NCBI GenBank assembly: GCA_024626585.2
Contig: JANKJI020000002.1
Location: 259,435,707-259,468,193, forward strand
From: Ginkgo biloba
Taxonomy: Eukaryota > Plantae > Ginkgophyta
Direction of reading: 5' to 3'
DNA length: 32,487 nucleotides
The notes under the pieces were generated by a model. That model made no database searches and was not told the DNA's origin. It saw only the letters and a list, made by a program, of their open reading frames with translations. Shown here piece by piece: positions 12,300 to 24,210 of this stretch (its first letter is position 1; each line of letters opens with the position of its first letter). The translations under genes and the position numbers were made by a program.

Positions 12300-12843
12300 G
12301 GGGAGAGCAAAGAGTGGTTGCCGATACCCAATGATGAGGGTGAAAATAGATTGCCTTCCATCAACAACGGAGTGTCAAGCAGATTAAATGCCCCAAGTGA
12401 GCAAATTGTGCTTGGTGGGCCGATTCAGCCAAGCAATGTGCCAAGTGTACTTAGTGGGCCAAAGAGGCCAAAGATGAGTGGCAATTCACCAATAGCTCCA
12501 ATGGGGAGGCAGAGGNNNNNNNNNNNNNNNNNNNNNNNNNNNNNNNNNNNNNNNNNNNNNNNNNNNNNNNNNNNNNNNNNNNNNNNNNNNNNNNNNNNNN
12601 NNNNNNNNNNNNNNNTTGATGACAGAGAAGAAAGATTGATGTCCATTAATTATGGAGAAAAGAGATTGACATCTATCAATGACGAAAAAGAGGGAAGTGG
12701 ACTAAATGTCCAGAGTGGGCAAAATGTGCCTAATCAACTAAAAGGGCCAGAGAATGCGCCAAAGTGTGCCTAGTGTGTCATGTGGGCCTAAGAGGATGAG
12801 GATGAGTGATAATTTACTGGTAACTTTAATGGAAAGGAAAAGG
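12300..12843 (+). repeat. Two diverged copies of a roughly 200-230 bp coding repeat upstream of the Gag core, flanking a 100-N gap
   Basis: ENRLPSIN...NVPSVLSGPKRPKMSGNSPIAPMGRQR (about 12300-12515) matches EKRLTSIN...SVPSVSCGPKRMRMSDNLLVTLMERKR (12616-12843). A short RLxSIN-type sub-repeat occurs within each. Confidence 0.75.
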
Positions 12844-12844
12844 A

Positions 12845-13860
12845 CATCAACTTTTTGCGGGAAAGGGAGAGAATACCTTACCAAGCATTACAATGTATGT
12901 GACACAATTTTGATGGCCAATGGCCATGAAGGTGAAAACCATTAGCTAAGAGTCTTTCTACTGACGTTGTGGGACATAACTGATGATTGGTATAAGGAAT
13001 TTGTGATAGACCATTTTAAAGATTGGAAGTCACTAAGGAGAGAGTTCAAATAAGAATTCAAGATGTTAAGGGATGACGACAAGGTCGTAGATGAAATCTA
13101 CAACCTAAAAATAGAAAAGGGGGAAGTGCTCATTTGTACCACAAAAAATTGAAGGTACTAATGAAGAAATTAGACTCCCAAGTGACTGGAGCTTTGAATT
13201 GGCATTGGTTACTGGAGGGCCTACTATTGAAATACAAGAAGATGATGATTGTTCCACTCACATCATGTGAAGAAGTTGTCAATCGAGCACTAAATCTTGA
13301 GATGGAGGAAAACACTGAATCATGTCGAGGGAAGTTTTCAAATGGTGACAATGAGGAACTTTCTTCAATAGAAACTCTACACTGGGATATGATGTAGATG
13401 ATGAAATAACTATTCATGAATAAAAAGAAGGAACGCAAGGACATCTAGTGTACCAAATATAACACATAGGGCCACCTCAAGGGAGAATGCCTCAAATCAT
13501 GTAAGTACTATGATATTTGTGAAGTAAAAAAACATAGTATAATGAATGTAATTATAATGCGAAAAATAAAAAAAAAAACACAAGATTCTTGAGTGTATTT
13601 AGATGATGATGAAGCCTCACCTCCAAAGTCAGGAGGATGCAACAAATGTGAGGGTAATGGCTATTGAATTTTTTGCTCTAATCAAAATAGGAGGACAAAC
13701 CGAGATGGATANNNNNNNNNNNNNNNNNNNNNNNNNNTCATTCAATGTTGTAAAGGTCAGGAATGGGGGCATTTTGTGAAAGATTGTTGACACCAAAATC
13801 AAAGTGGTGCAAAACTATGCAAATGGTGCAATTTGACAAATCATGACGACAAAACTTGCC
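12845..13860 (+). pseudogene. Gag (retrotransposon gag core plus four CCHC zinc knuckles), disrupted
   Basis: TFCGKGREYLTKHYNVCDTILMANG...VFLLTLWDITDDWY...DWKSLRREF...EIYNLK.EKGESAHLY..KLK...WLLEGL...EEVVNRALNLEME. Knuckles at 13449-13490, 13509-13549, 13746-13787 and 13818-13859; the last is intact (CKWCNLTNHDDKTC). Confidence 0.85.
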
Positions 13861-14429
13861 TAAAGCAAAAAGACAAAGTGGACCTTCTAATTTGAATGGA
13901 ACCTATTAAGGAGGGAAATACATACACAGTATAGAATCAGAGTAAATCCAAGCAACAATACCCCTAGCCTTCAATAGAGAAAGAGCAATTGTAGAAGGTA
14001 AGTGAGACAATTAAAGAATTGTTGAAGAATGGACCCCCCAAGACAATATCATATTGAGAAGTCTGGGAGAATTCTTGGGAGGTAGAGCCTCAAAGGATAC
14101 CTAAAGTCTAAATGCTTAAAGTCTATGCAAACAACGAAAATATGAGAAATATGGATAACATGAATGAAGCAAAGGCATCCCATATTGATTTGGCACAAGT
14201 AGTTCTCCAAATAGAGGTTCTAATGAAATTGGCCACCCTACTTGCAACTGTTCTAAGCTTGGCGGAGATATTTCCTTAGGAAGCTAATACAAAAACTGAA
14301 AGGGTGACCCCAAAAGGTGAAACTATTATGGATAAACGTGTGATTACATGAAAACCAATTGAGAATGATGTAGTTATGTACAATCTCTTAGAGATTGTTT
14401 ATTTCTCTAATTAGTAGGACTGTGCCATA

Positions 14430-14790
14430 GAAATGACAATAAAGGTGATGGACGAATAATTAAGACAATTGATTGTAGATGCAAGCTCGGGAGCGAATAT
14501 CATTTCTAAAACCACATGGAAACAACTAGACTAGCTTATGCTTTGGCAAGAAATTTTTTGATTAAGAATGGCAGACCAAAGGTGTGTGGAACCAATAAGA
14601 CTCTTAATGGGTCAATTTATTCACATCTCCTAGTAAATATTCAGGGTGGATTTTATGGTCATTCCAATGTACCAAGGGGAACCATCTTACCCTGCATTAC
14701 CTGGAAGGCATTGGTTGAGACAAGCAAGGGTGATCCAAAATTAGGAAAATGATACTTTGTCTATTACGAAAAATGGAAAGTGGCTCTGTA
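14430..14790 (+). pseudogene. Aspartic protease, copy 1
   Basis: IVDASSGANIISKTTWKQL...MADQRCVEPI...FRVDFMVI...SYPALPGRHWLRQARVIQN, read across frameshifts. Confidence 0.85.
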
Positions 14791-15299
14791 TTGACTTAAG
14801 GAATTGCACAGTGAGTGAGGGACTCACATCAAGTTCTAGCTTTGATGAAGAGAAAGAGGATGAAGATAGTGGAGGGAAGATGAATCCCAAAGAAAGCATA
14901 TCATATGATTACAATACACATTGCAAGCCCACATAATATGAAGTGTTGGTTCTAGATTCATGTTCATAAGATGAAGTTATTTCAGATAGTGGTGTACTAC
15001 ACTAGTAACTTGGGAAATATGAGTTGTTTTCTCTAGGAAGGTTTTAGGTAGACATTGACCAAAAGAGGGATGATGACCCAACTAAAGTTATAAATAATAT
15101 ACAAAGCAATATAGAAAGTAATAAGAAAGAGAAAGGGGAAGAAGAGTGTACTAAATGAATGCCTATCTGCCACATTTCTATAAGATTCAATTTGGAGAGA
15201 AGAAAATGGAGGTGACATTAGCTCATTCTTTTGCAAGTAAATAAGAGTTTTAATATGAAGGTTTTAAAACTATAATAGCCAATCTATGGACATATGAGG

Positions 15300-15843
15300 A
15301 TCCTAATAAAATCATAATAGGAATACATCAAGACCCTAATACTACTACCATAGTTATTAATATCTTCATAAAATATAAATATATTATTTTATGGACTTAT
15401 CATGAATTTAATGGAGACCTTCAAAATTGTGTGAGCGTTAGATTAATATTTTATATGTTTCTAATTTGGTCAAGAGATGACTATGTCATATGAACTCAAA
15501 GTATGTATCACAAGTAGAAAAGGATATCATGAAGATTCTAGATGTGGGAATAATTTTTAAGATAAGAACTTTCACTTAGATATTTTTCCATTATTATTTC
15601 TTGGAAGAAAAATGACATGCTACCTACTTTTATGGATTTTTAAAAATTATATATAGTAACAAATAAGGATCCCTTATTAATACCATTCATGGATAGTATT
15701 TTAGAAGAATTTATAGGGAAAAAAAATTATTATTTTCTCGATAGATTATCTAGATACAACCAAATTAATATTATAAAAGAGGACAAACTAAATATTATAA
15801 TAATTTAAAAATATAGAATTTATGCATATAAAAAAAATTTATT
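15300..15843 (+). pseudogene. Reverse transcriptase 5' part, copy 1 (strongly AT-decayed, truncated by a gap)
   Basis: MNSKYVSQVEKDIMKILDVGIIFK...KDPLLIPFMDSILEEF..YYFLDRLSRYNQINIIKEDKL, colinear with 18180-18530. Confidence 0.85.
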
Positions 15844-16684
15844 NNNNNNNNNNNNNNNNNNNNNNNNNNNNNNNNNNNNNNNNNNNNNNNNNNNNNNNNN
15901 NNNNNNNNNNNNNNNNNNNNNNNNNNNNNNNNNNNNNNNNNNNAAACAAAATGATACAAAAAGAATAATTGCATAATTATAAAAGGGATAAGGTGGTAGC
16001 ATGGGATAATCACATCAAATTAAGGTTGTACCCTCTCTTCTCTTGTGTACAATATGAGTACCTCAATGATGTAAAATGATATAGTAAAAACATTTCTCCT
16101 TAAAATTGATATACATGATCCAAACTTTCTCAATAATCTATGAGAAATTCCAACAATACGATATGATCCATGAAAATGAGTGAGACACTTTNNNNNNNNN
16201 NNNNNNNNNNNNNNNNCTTTGGATTGATCCTAAAGAGGTATGTATATGATAAATGATCCTTATGACCTTAACCATGGGAGAATCTTATGATATAGGCTTA
16301 CCCTAGGTCATGAGATTATGTATAGTGAGATTGCAAAGAAACGGCTAGATGTATAACATGAATGCATTAATTGAGGCATAATAAGGTATGGTTATATTGT
16401 ACATAATATGAAAAAATCCTATGTGGGAATATGACATGATTGTAAGTGGCCATACCATAGGATAAACATGAAAATGAAAGGGTTATCCATACGGGCAATA
16501 AGTAAATAAACTAATAAATAGATCTAAAGAGTATAATATGTCAAATGCATATGGAATTAATGAGAATAAATGAGCTACAATAGGCAGTAAATAAGGTGTG
16601 GAGATCTATTAATATAAGAAACAAATGAAATAATCATACATATGGATAGCTAAAATGCATAGGTAAATAAAAGGGAGATAACAT

Positions 16685-17990
16685 ATAGTGACACACTGAG
16701 AAATGTGTAGAGGAATGAACCACATAAGATGATACCATTGTGAGAAGTATGTGATAATTACTAGGAGGAAAAGTCTTATAGGGTAACTAAATGTTGAATA
16801 CTTGAAGTCTAAAAAAATAAAGACAAGATAGAGAATAAGGATAACATAAACTCAACAAATCCATTCCTTATCAATTTGGTACAATAAGTTCTCTAAATAG
16901 AGGTTCTAATTAAATTAGCCACTTTATAAAAAATAGTTATAAGTATGGTGGAGATATTGGACCAAAAACCTAACATAGGAATTTATAGGGAAACCTCAAC
17001 ATGAGAAACCATTATGGTTTAATGTGTAATTATGAGAAAACCAAATGAGAATGATATGGTTATGGGCAATCTCTTAGAGGAAGATTCTCTTTCCATTAGA
17101 GAGGACCTTTCCATGCATATCATAATAAAGTAATGGAACAAGAATTAAAATAAACTATTATAGATGGAGGCTCAGGTATGAATATCATTTCTAAAACTAT
17201 ATGGTGGAAATTAATCCAACTTATACTTTGGCTTACAAAATTTTAACTAATAATGGTAAGCAAAAGGTGTGTGNNNNNNNNNNNNNNNNNNNNNNNNNNN
17301 NNNNNNNNNNNNNNNNNNNNNNNNNNNNNNNNNNNNNNNNNNNNNNTTTAAAGTATATTTTATGGTTATTCTTATGTATTAAGTAGCACCATCTTATCTT
17401 ACATTACTTAAAAGACCTTTTTAAGATAAGGGAGAGTGATCCAACATTTGGAAAATGATACTTTATCCATTAAGAAAAATAGAAAGTAACTCTATATTGA
17501 TTTGAGAAATATGATACTAAGTGAAGAACTCAGATTGGGTTTTAGCTCCTATGAAGAGCAAGAAGATGAGGATAANNNNNNNNNNNNNNNNNNNNNNNNN
17601 NNNNNNNNNNNNNNNNNNNNNNNNNNNNNNNNNGCCTACAAAATATGGATTAGTGGTATTGGATTTATATTCAGAAGATGAAGTTCTTGTAGATGATTTT
17701 CTATTGTACTAGAAATCAGGGGAGTATGAAATATTTTCTCCTGGATATGTTCATGTAGGTATTGATTAGCAAAAGAGATAAGAGGAAAAAACTAGTGTTA
17801 TAAATAGTATAAGAAATATGTATATAGTAACAAGCAAAAGCAATGAAAGATAGCGTAAAGAAAAACAAATGCCTATTTACTACATTTCTCAAAGATCTAA
17901 TTTGGAGAGAAAAAATGGNNNNNNNNNNNNNNNNNNNNNNNNNNNNNNNNNNNNNNNNNNNNNNNNNTATGGAGGCTAGCTTAGGTATAA
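16685..17990 (+). pseudogene. Second copy of the Gag-PR linker, aspartic protease (about 17115-17510) and PR-RT linker
   Basis: Colinear with about 14005-15290 at an offset of about 2.7 kb, e.g. gttctctaaatagaggttctaat and caatctcttagag. Protease motif reads IIDGGSGMNIISKTIW. Confidence 0.85.
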
Positions 17991-18049
17991 AAGAAAATCT
18001 AAAGAAAATCATAATTATAAGCCCGTGATACCTAACTCTTACTCTTGCA

Positions 18050-19030
18050 CCATTAATATTTCAAGGAATATACATATTTTTCTACATGGAATTATTATGT
18101 TTTGAAGGGAGTCCCTTAGAATTAATGTGATCATCATATCGATCTTTTGATGGGCATCATATTGGTCAAGAAATGATTGTATTACATGAACTCAAATTAC
18201 ATAATGCAAGTGGAGCAAGAGATAATGAAGATGTTGGACGCAAAAATAATTTTCAAGGTCAGTACGAGCAACTAGGTTTCTCCCATTGTAATCTCTTAAA
18301 GAAGAATGGCAAGTTGCGTATTTGTGTGGATTAGAAATTGAACACGGTCGCTAAGAAGGATCCCTTCCCAATACCATCAACGGATAGTATTTTGGAAGAG
18401 GTTGCAGTGCACAAGATTTATTCTTTTGTTGTTGGATTTTTGGGATACGACTAGACCAACATTGTTGAAGAGGATAAATTAAGGACTACAATTGTATCAG
18501 AATATGGCACCTATGCATACAACAAAATGCCATTTGGGTTATGCAATGTCCCAACAACCTTCCAAAGGATAGTTTTACACATGTTCGATAAATTATCAAT
18601 AGGGAAGGTAAAAATTTTCTTGGATGATTAGGCAGTATATGGTGCAATACCAACTCAGGTGCAGGTAGTAAAGGAATATATGGATATTTTTCAAAGAGCA
18701 CAACTCATGCTAAATATGAAAAAATGTTGGTTCTCGGTATCCAATGTCAAATTACGCAAGCACAATATGTGCAAGGGGATTAAAAACATACCCCAATAAT
18801 ATTTGAGTAATTGTAAATATGGAGAAACCACACAACTCAAATGGAATAAGAGAATTTTTGGGACATGTAGGATACTATAAAAGATTCATCAATAATTTCG
18901 TAAAGATAACATATCATTTAGATGAGTTGTTACAAAGGGGAGTTATTTTCACTTAAGGTCCAGACCAACAAGAAACATTTAAGGAATTAAAGTTTCAATT
19001 GGTATGTGCTCCTATCTTGGTCTTTCTCAA
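18050..19030 (+). pseudogene. Reverse transcriptase, copy 2
   Basis: VSPIVIS*KKNGKLRICVD...KKDPFPIP..DSILEEVA...YGTYAYNKMPFGLCNVPTTFQRIVLHMF...IFLDD*AVY...IREFLGHVGYYKRFINNF...LVCAPIL. Confidence 0.95.
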
Positions 19031-19420
19031 CTAGGACAAAGAATATACACATGCATGTCCTAGTTTGTTATTGATTGTACCTTGGCGCAAGAAGTTATAA
19101 ATAAGTTGTACCATCCAATTTATTTTTTTAATCATTGGCTGAATGATGTGGAATGAAACTGCAACATGATAAAGGAAGAAGGATTCAACATGATATATAT
19201 ACTCAATCTAAAAGTTTTTTCATTACTTGTTGGCCAATATATTTGTGTTTTTTATGTATCACCAAGTCTTGTTATATTTGGTCAATAAACTATTAATTCA
19301 TGTAAGAATTTGTTGATGACTTTTTTTGTACAAGAGTTCAACTTTCTAGTGGTGGTGAAGTTAAGCAAGTCGCATGTAGTAGTAGAACACCTCTCATAAA
19401 TACAATTAGGTGAAACTTTG
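19030..19420 (+). pseudogene. Ty3/gypsy RNase H
   Basis: IDCTLAQE..HPIYFFNHWLNDVE*N...HYLLANIFVF..HQVLLYLVNK...QEFNFLVVVK.SKSHVVVEHLS. Confidence 0.85.
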
Positions 19421-19479
19421 TTGGATGTAAAAGATGATTTTTTCAATGCATAATTATTTAGTATATCAACTATGCCAGA

Positions 19480-20690
19480 GTGATATCAAGGCATTGTAGA
19501 GTATTTGTTGACAGGGACATTCCTAGAAACAATCCCTATGAGATTAAGGAAAGAAATTACCAAGAAGTCAAGACACTTTCAATTGATCGGAGACCTTTTA
19601 TACAAAATGGGCATGGACCAAGATTTATGAAGATGCATCATGCCTAACGAAGTGGAGAAGACAATCCAAGAGGTACATGTTAGTCCTTCGATAGGTCACG
19701 TTAGCCATGATCTAACAACCCAAAATATTTTGTTACTAGGATTGTAAAAAGGTGTGATATTTACTAACATATGGGAAAGTCATCAATAAAATAATTTACT
19801 CCCCTGCATCTAACACTATCACAATAATTATTTGAACATTGAGGCCTGGATTTCATTTATCCCTTCAAGCATCCATCTTAGAAGGGTTGGTGCAAGTACA
19901 TCATAGTAGCAATAGAATATTTGACGAAATGGGTGAAGGAACGAACTTCGTTAGATAATTCCACACAAAACACTACACGATTTCTGTATGAATGCGTCAT
20001 CACATGATTTCTTTACCCCTTGAAATTAACAAGTCACAGAGGTGGTCATTTTGACAATAATGTGATTCAAAATTAAATAACAAAGTTTAAAATTTTAACT
20101 AAATGTCAAATACATACTATCCACAAGAAAATGGCCAAGTGGAGGTAGTGAACAAAGTGCTAGTTGTGATAATTTACAAAACTTATGAAGTATATTAGAA
20201 GGATTGGGTTAACAATATACCAATGACAATATTGGCATTCCACACAACTTACAAGATAACAAAGTCATATCCCTTTTTATTTGGTGTGCGGATAGAAGAT
20301 CGTCATGCCCCCTAAATTTGGAATCCCAAGTCTCTAAATAGCACCAAAAAACTAACTAGACGACAAGGCTAGTTTGCAAATGAGACTAGATACAACTCCT
20401 ATTGGTGGTTAGAGATGATTGATGGAACAATGAACAACCTTAATTGCAAAAAAAAGGAAGAAGCAATGGAATAACCAAAATCTTTTCCAACAAAATATTT
20501 ATGAGGGATCTCAAGTGTTGCAAAATGATGGAAAATAAATGATGAATCCAAGTAAGAAGAAAATACAATGGCTATATATTTTTCTTATCACCAACATTTT
20601 TTAAAATGGATCAGTCTAAGTAGCCAACTTTAACAGAACAAAGAGGGATGGGCTTGTGAATGGTTCAAAGTTAAAGTTGTATCATCCATA
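19480..20690 (+). pseudogene. Integrase (HHCC, DDE core, C-terminal GPY/F-like region; no chromodomain seen)
   Basis: IQEVH..SIGH...KRCDI; GLDF at 19843-19854; YIIVAIEYLTKWV; LTSHRGGHF (catalytic D decayed to H); YYPQENGQVE at 20115-20144; ends VNGSKLKLYHP*. Confidence 0.92.
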
Positions 20691-22133
20691 GAAAATGACA
20701 AAGGAAGACATCGCAATAAATTTTATTCATACAAACTTTAATGGCTAGAAAAGTATGTTTGGCCAATGATATCAATATGAACGATCATCCACTGCCCACT
20801 AACAAGGTCCTAGGAAAAGAAAACTTGTTGAAGGAAGATAATAAAATCATCACCAAAGCAATAAAGGACTTATCCAAATTGGGCTCCGGTAGTTGGAAAA
20901 CCTATACTTGATGTCCTATTATAGATGTCTGAATAAACCGGATGATTTATGTTAGGTGTTTGTTTTCATATGGATACATGACTAGTGCTAGATGTACCTT
21001 GAAGGATCAAACGACTAGTCCTAGATGTTTGACCCTAGATTGTTAGACAACCCACCTCAAAATTTTGGACCTGTTCAACCTGACCAAACATGGCCATACG
21101 ACTCCAGGGAAGATGTANNNNNNNNNNNNNNNNNNNNNNNNNNNNNNNNNNNNNNNNNNNNNNNNNNNNNNNNNNNNNNNNNNNNNNNNNNNNNNNNNNN
21201 NNNNNNNNNNNNNNNNNNNNNNNNNNNNNNNNNNNNNNNNNNNNNNNNNNNNNNNNNNNNNNNNNNNNNNNNNNNNNNNNNNNNNNNNNNNNNNNNNNNN
21301 NNNNNNNNNNNNNNNNNNNNNNNNNNNNNNNNNNNNNNNNNNNNNNNNNNNNNNNNNNNNNNNNNNNNNNNNNNNNNNNNNNNNNNNNNNNNNNNNNNNN
21401 NNNNNNNNNNNNNNNNNNNNNNNNNNNNNNNNNNNNNNNNNNNNNNNNNNNNNNNNNNNNNNNNNNNNNNNNNNNNNNNNNNNNNNNNNNNNNNNNNNNN
21501 NNNNNNNNNNNNNNNNNNNNNNNNNNNNNNNNNNNNNNNNNNNNNNTTTTTTTTATAACTATTATGGTTGGAGGAATATACAATCTGAAGGTGGTAAAAG
21601 GAGATGACCAAGTTGTTGGGTCTAGAAAAAGGAAGAAAAATATTAACAAGGGTCTAAAAATCAATATTGGGTCACTAATTGGTGGACTCCCCACAAAGAA
21701 TTGTATCACATGGTATGTGTTTGACTCACCCAAACATTGTGAATAGTGGATTTATCTCCATAAAGACAACCATATGAAAAAAATATTGTCCTACAAGTGT
21801 ATCCCAGAGTATCATGATTCCAATTTTGACCAAAAGTTCCTAAGGTGATGTAATAGTTGACAAGGAGTTGTGATCTTGAGGCAAAAGTGTCATGGATTGA
21901 AGGAGTAAATATTTCACATAAACTAGTAGATTTTGAGTGTCTACTTATACTACCTAATGAGGGGAGGAAGCCTTATGACTAAGTGAGACTTTGGAATAAA
22001 AAAAGAATTGTATTTGGACACTTTACACAATAGATGAATTGGAGGAAAGGTGGCATGGGGAAAAAATGATTAAGGTATCCAATATTTGAATAACGGATCT
22101 TTGACTGGTCATAACCCTTTAATGCTTTAAATT

Positions 22134-22326
22134 AGGGGGAGAATAATGTTATAGTGATCTTCCTATGTCGTCGGTATGATATTTAGAAGGGATATTGCAG
22201 GGAAAGAAGTATAAATAGTTCCAAATCCTCTCAGAGAAGTTACATTGAGTCTTCCTAGTTTTGACATCCAAGGCTTCCTGTGGGTTTAATTTATCGTTCT
22301 TTCTTGTGGGATTTTATCATGATACA
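22134..22326 (+). repeat. Polypurine tract (22134-22146) and candidate 3' LTR (22147-22326)
   Basis: aggggGAGAAtaa is immediately followed by TGTTAT; internal TATAAATA near 22210; ends atgataCA. The right boundary is uncertain. Confidence 0.5.
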
Positions 22327-23309
22327 GTGGATAATATCCTATACCTAATTTGGTTAGGTGTTCCATCCATCATGAGATGGCGAGAGAAGATAATAGAACA
22401 ATAAGGAAGGAATGGGAAAAAGATGGTACTCAAGCAGGATCTATAAGACAGTGATAGTGTAAAGGATTACATAGAGGAGGAGGGAATCATAGATTTAAAC
22501 AAGGTGTAGGAAATTGTAACGAACTCAACCTAACTAAGGGAGATGGGAGAATGTGACACCTCCAAGAATCATGCACATGAAAAACTAGTTGCCCCCTATG
22601 TAATATAGCCTTGAGTTCTACCTTAAAAACTTGGAGAAAGGATCATTTCATACATCGAAGCAAGTTCGAGCTTTTGTATTTGAGGTTTACGTACATTTCG
22701 AGGAGTTTGTTGGAGAATAGGAAAACAATGCAATTTTTTCAAAATCTCCTTTGGGTGGCCAACCAAGAAGGAGCAAATGTTGATGGAGGAGCACTGTCGC
22801 CAACAGAAGCATTAACCAACTTAATGCAGACCAAAGAACCAAGTATTTGTACTGAATTTTCCTTGTCTACTCTTGTATCTTCTACTTTAACTTTTGATCC
22901 TATGACTAGTAGAGGAAAATAATGGGCTTCGATTGCAAAGGTAATTAGGCTAAGTGCTCTACCAACTCCAGAAAGTGGGCCAAGCTCTGAACTAGGGAGT
23001 TTGAAACCCAAGATGATTTCCAAGGTGACTTAAATAGTGGTCGATTGAGGCACCCCATCTAGGCAACAAGGAACAATAATCACGTGGTATTTGGTCGATT
23101 TTTTGAAGCTATGGGAATGGGGGTGGCGCTTGCACTTGATGCCCCTAACGAAAGGATGTTAGAACATGTAGGGATGGCCCAATGTATCACTACCCTGATC
23201 TTGAATAAATGATGGATATCTTGTAGCAAATGGTAAAAGGATATGACCCCTAGGCACAAGTATCTTGGCTTAATGGCATTAAGATCTCTTATAAGCCACA
23301 TGATTTTGG

Positions 23310-24210
23310 NNNNNNNNNNNNNNNNNNNNNNNNNNNNNNNNNNNNNNNNNNNNNNNNNNNNNNNNNNNNNNNNNNNNNNNNNNNNNNNNNNNNNNNNNNN
23401 NNNNNNNNNNNNNNNNNNNNNNNNNNNNNNNNNNNNNNNNNNNNNNNNNNNNNNNNNNNNNNNNNNNNNNNNNNNNNNNNNNNNNNNNNNNNNNNNNNNN
23501 NNNNNNNNNNNNNNNNNNNNNNNNNNNNNNNNNNNNNNNNNNNNNNNNNNNNNNNNNNNNNNNNNNNNNNNNNNNNNNNNNNNNNNNNNNNNNNNNNNNN
23601 NNNNNNNNNNNNNNNNNNNNNNNNNNNNNNNNNNNNNNNNNNNNNNNNNNNNNNNNNNNNNNNNNNNNNNNNNNNNNNNNNNNNNNNNNNNNNNNNNNNN
23701 NNNNNNNNNNNNNNNNNNNNNNNNNNNNNNNNNNNNNNNNNNNNNNNNNNNNNNNNNNNNNNNNNNNNNNNNNNNNNNNNNNNNNNNNNNNNNNNNNNNN
23801 NNNNNNNNNNNNNNNNNNNNNNNNNNNNNNNNNNNNNNNNNNNNNNNNNNNNNNNNNNNNNNNNNNNNNNNNNNNNNNNNNNNNNNNNNNNNNNNNNNNN
23901 NNNNNNNNNNNNNNNNNNNNNNNNNNNNNNNNNNNNNNNNNNNNNNNNNNNNNNNNNNNNNNNNNNNNNNNNNNNNNNNNNNNNNNNNNNNNNNNNNNNN
24001 NNNNNNNNNNNNNNNNNNNNNNNNNNNNNNNNNNNNNNNNNNNNNNNNNNNNNNNNNNNNNNNNNNNNNNNNNNNNNNNNNNNNNNNNNNNNNNNNNNNN
24101 NNNNNNNNNNNNNNNNNNNNNNNNNNNNNNNNNNNNNNNNNNNNNNNNNNNNNNNNNNNNNNNNNNNNNNNNNNNNNNNNNNNNNNNNNNNNNNNNNNNN
24201 NNNNNNNNNN
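23310..24210. other. Assembly gap (N run)
   Basis: Continuous N run. Other large gaps lie at 21118-21546 and 30458-31447. Confidence 0.99.

Larger units (their letters stand above)
10766..22326 (+). mobile_element. Composite, inactive Athila-like Ty3/gypsy LTR retrotransposon
   Basis: Domain order is LTR-PBS-gag-PR-(RT fragment, second PR)-RT-RNaseH-INT-extra ORF-PPT-LTR. It has an Asp-type PBS, an F(L)DD RT motif, and no additional archaeal-type RNase H or chromodomain was seen. Many stops and frameshifts; several N gaps mean more than one copy may be joined. Confidence 0.8.

Noticed and set aside
13638-13676. Fifth zinc knuckle (CNKCEGNGY*IFC)
   Set aside because: The spacing is wrong and His is absent. 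TGC/TGT are readily explained as CpG-decayed Arg codons in a G/R/N-rich linker.
15944-16680. Distinct gene between the duplicated blocks
   Set aside because: AT-rich with no ORF or motif; probably decayed LTR or UTR sequence that I cannot assign.
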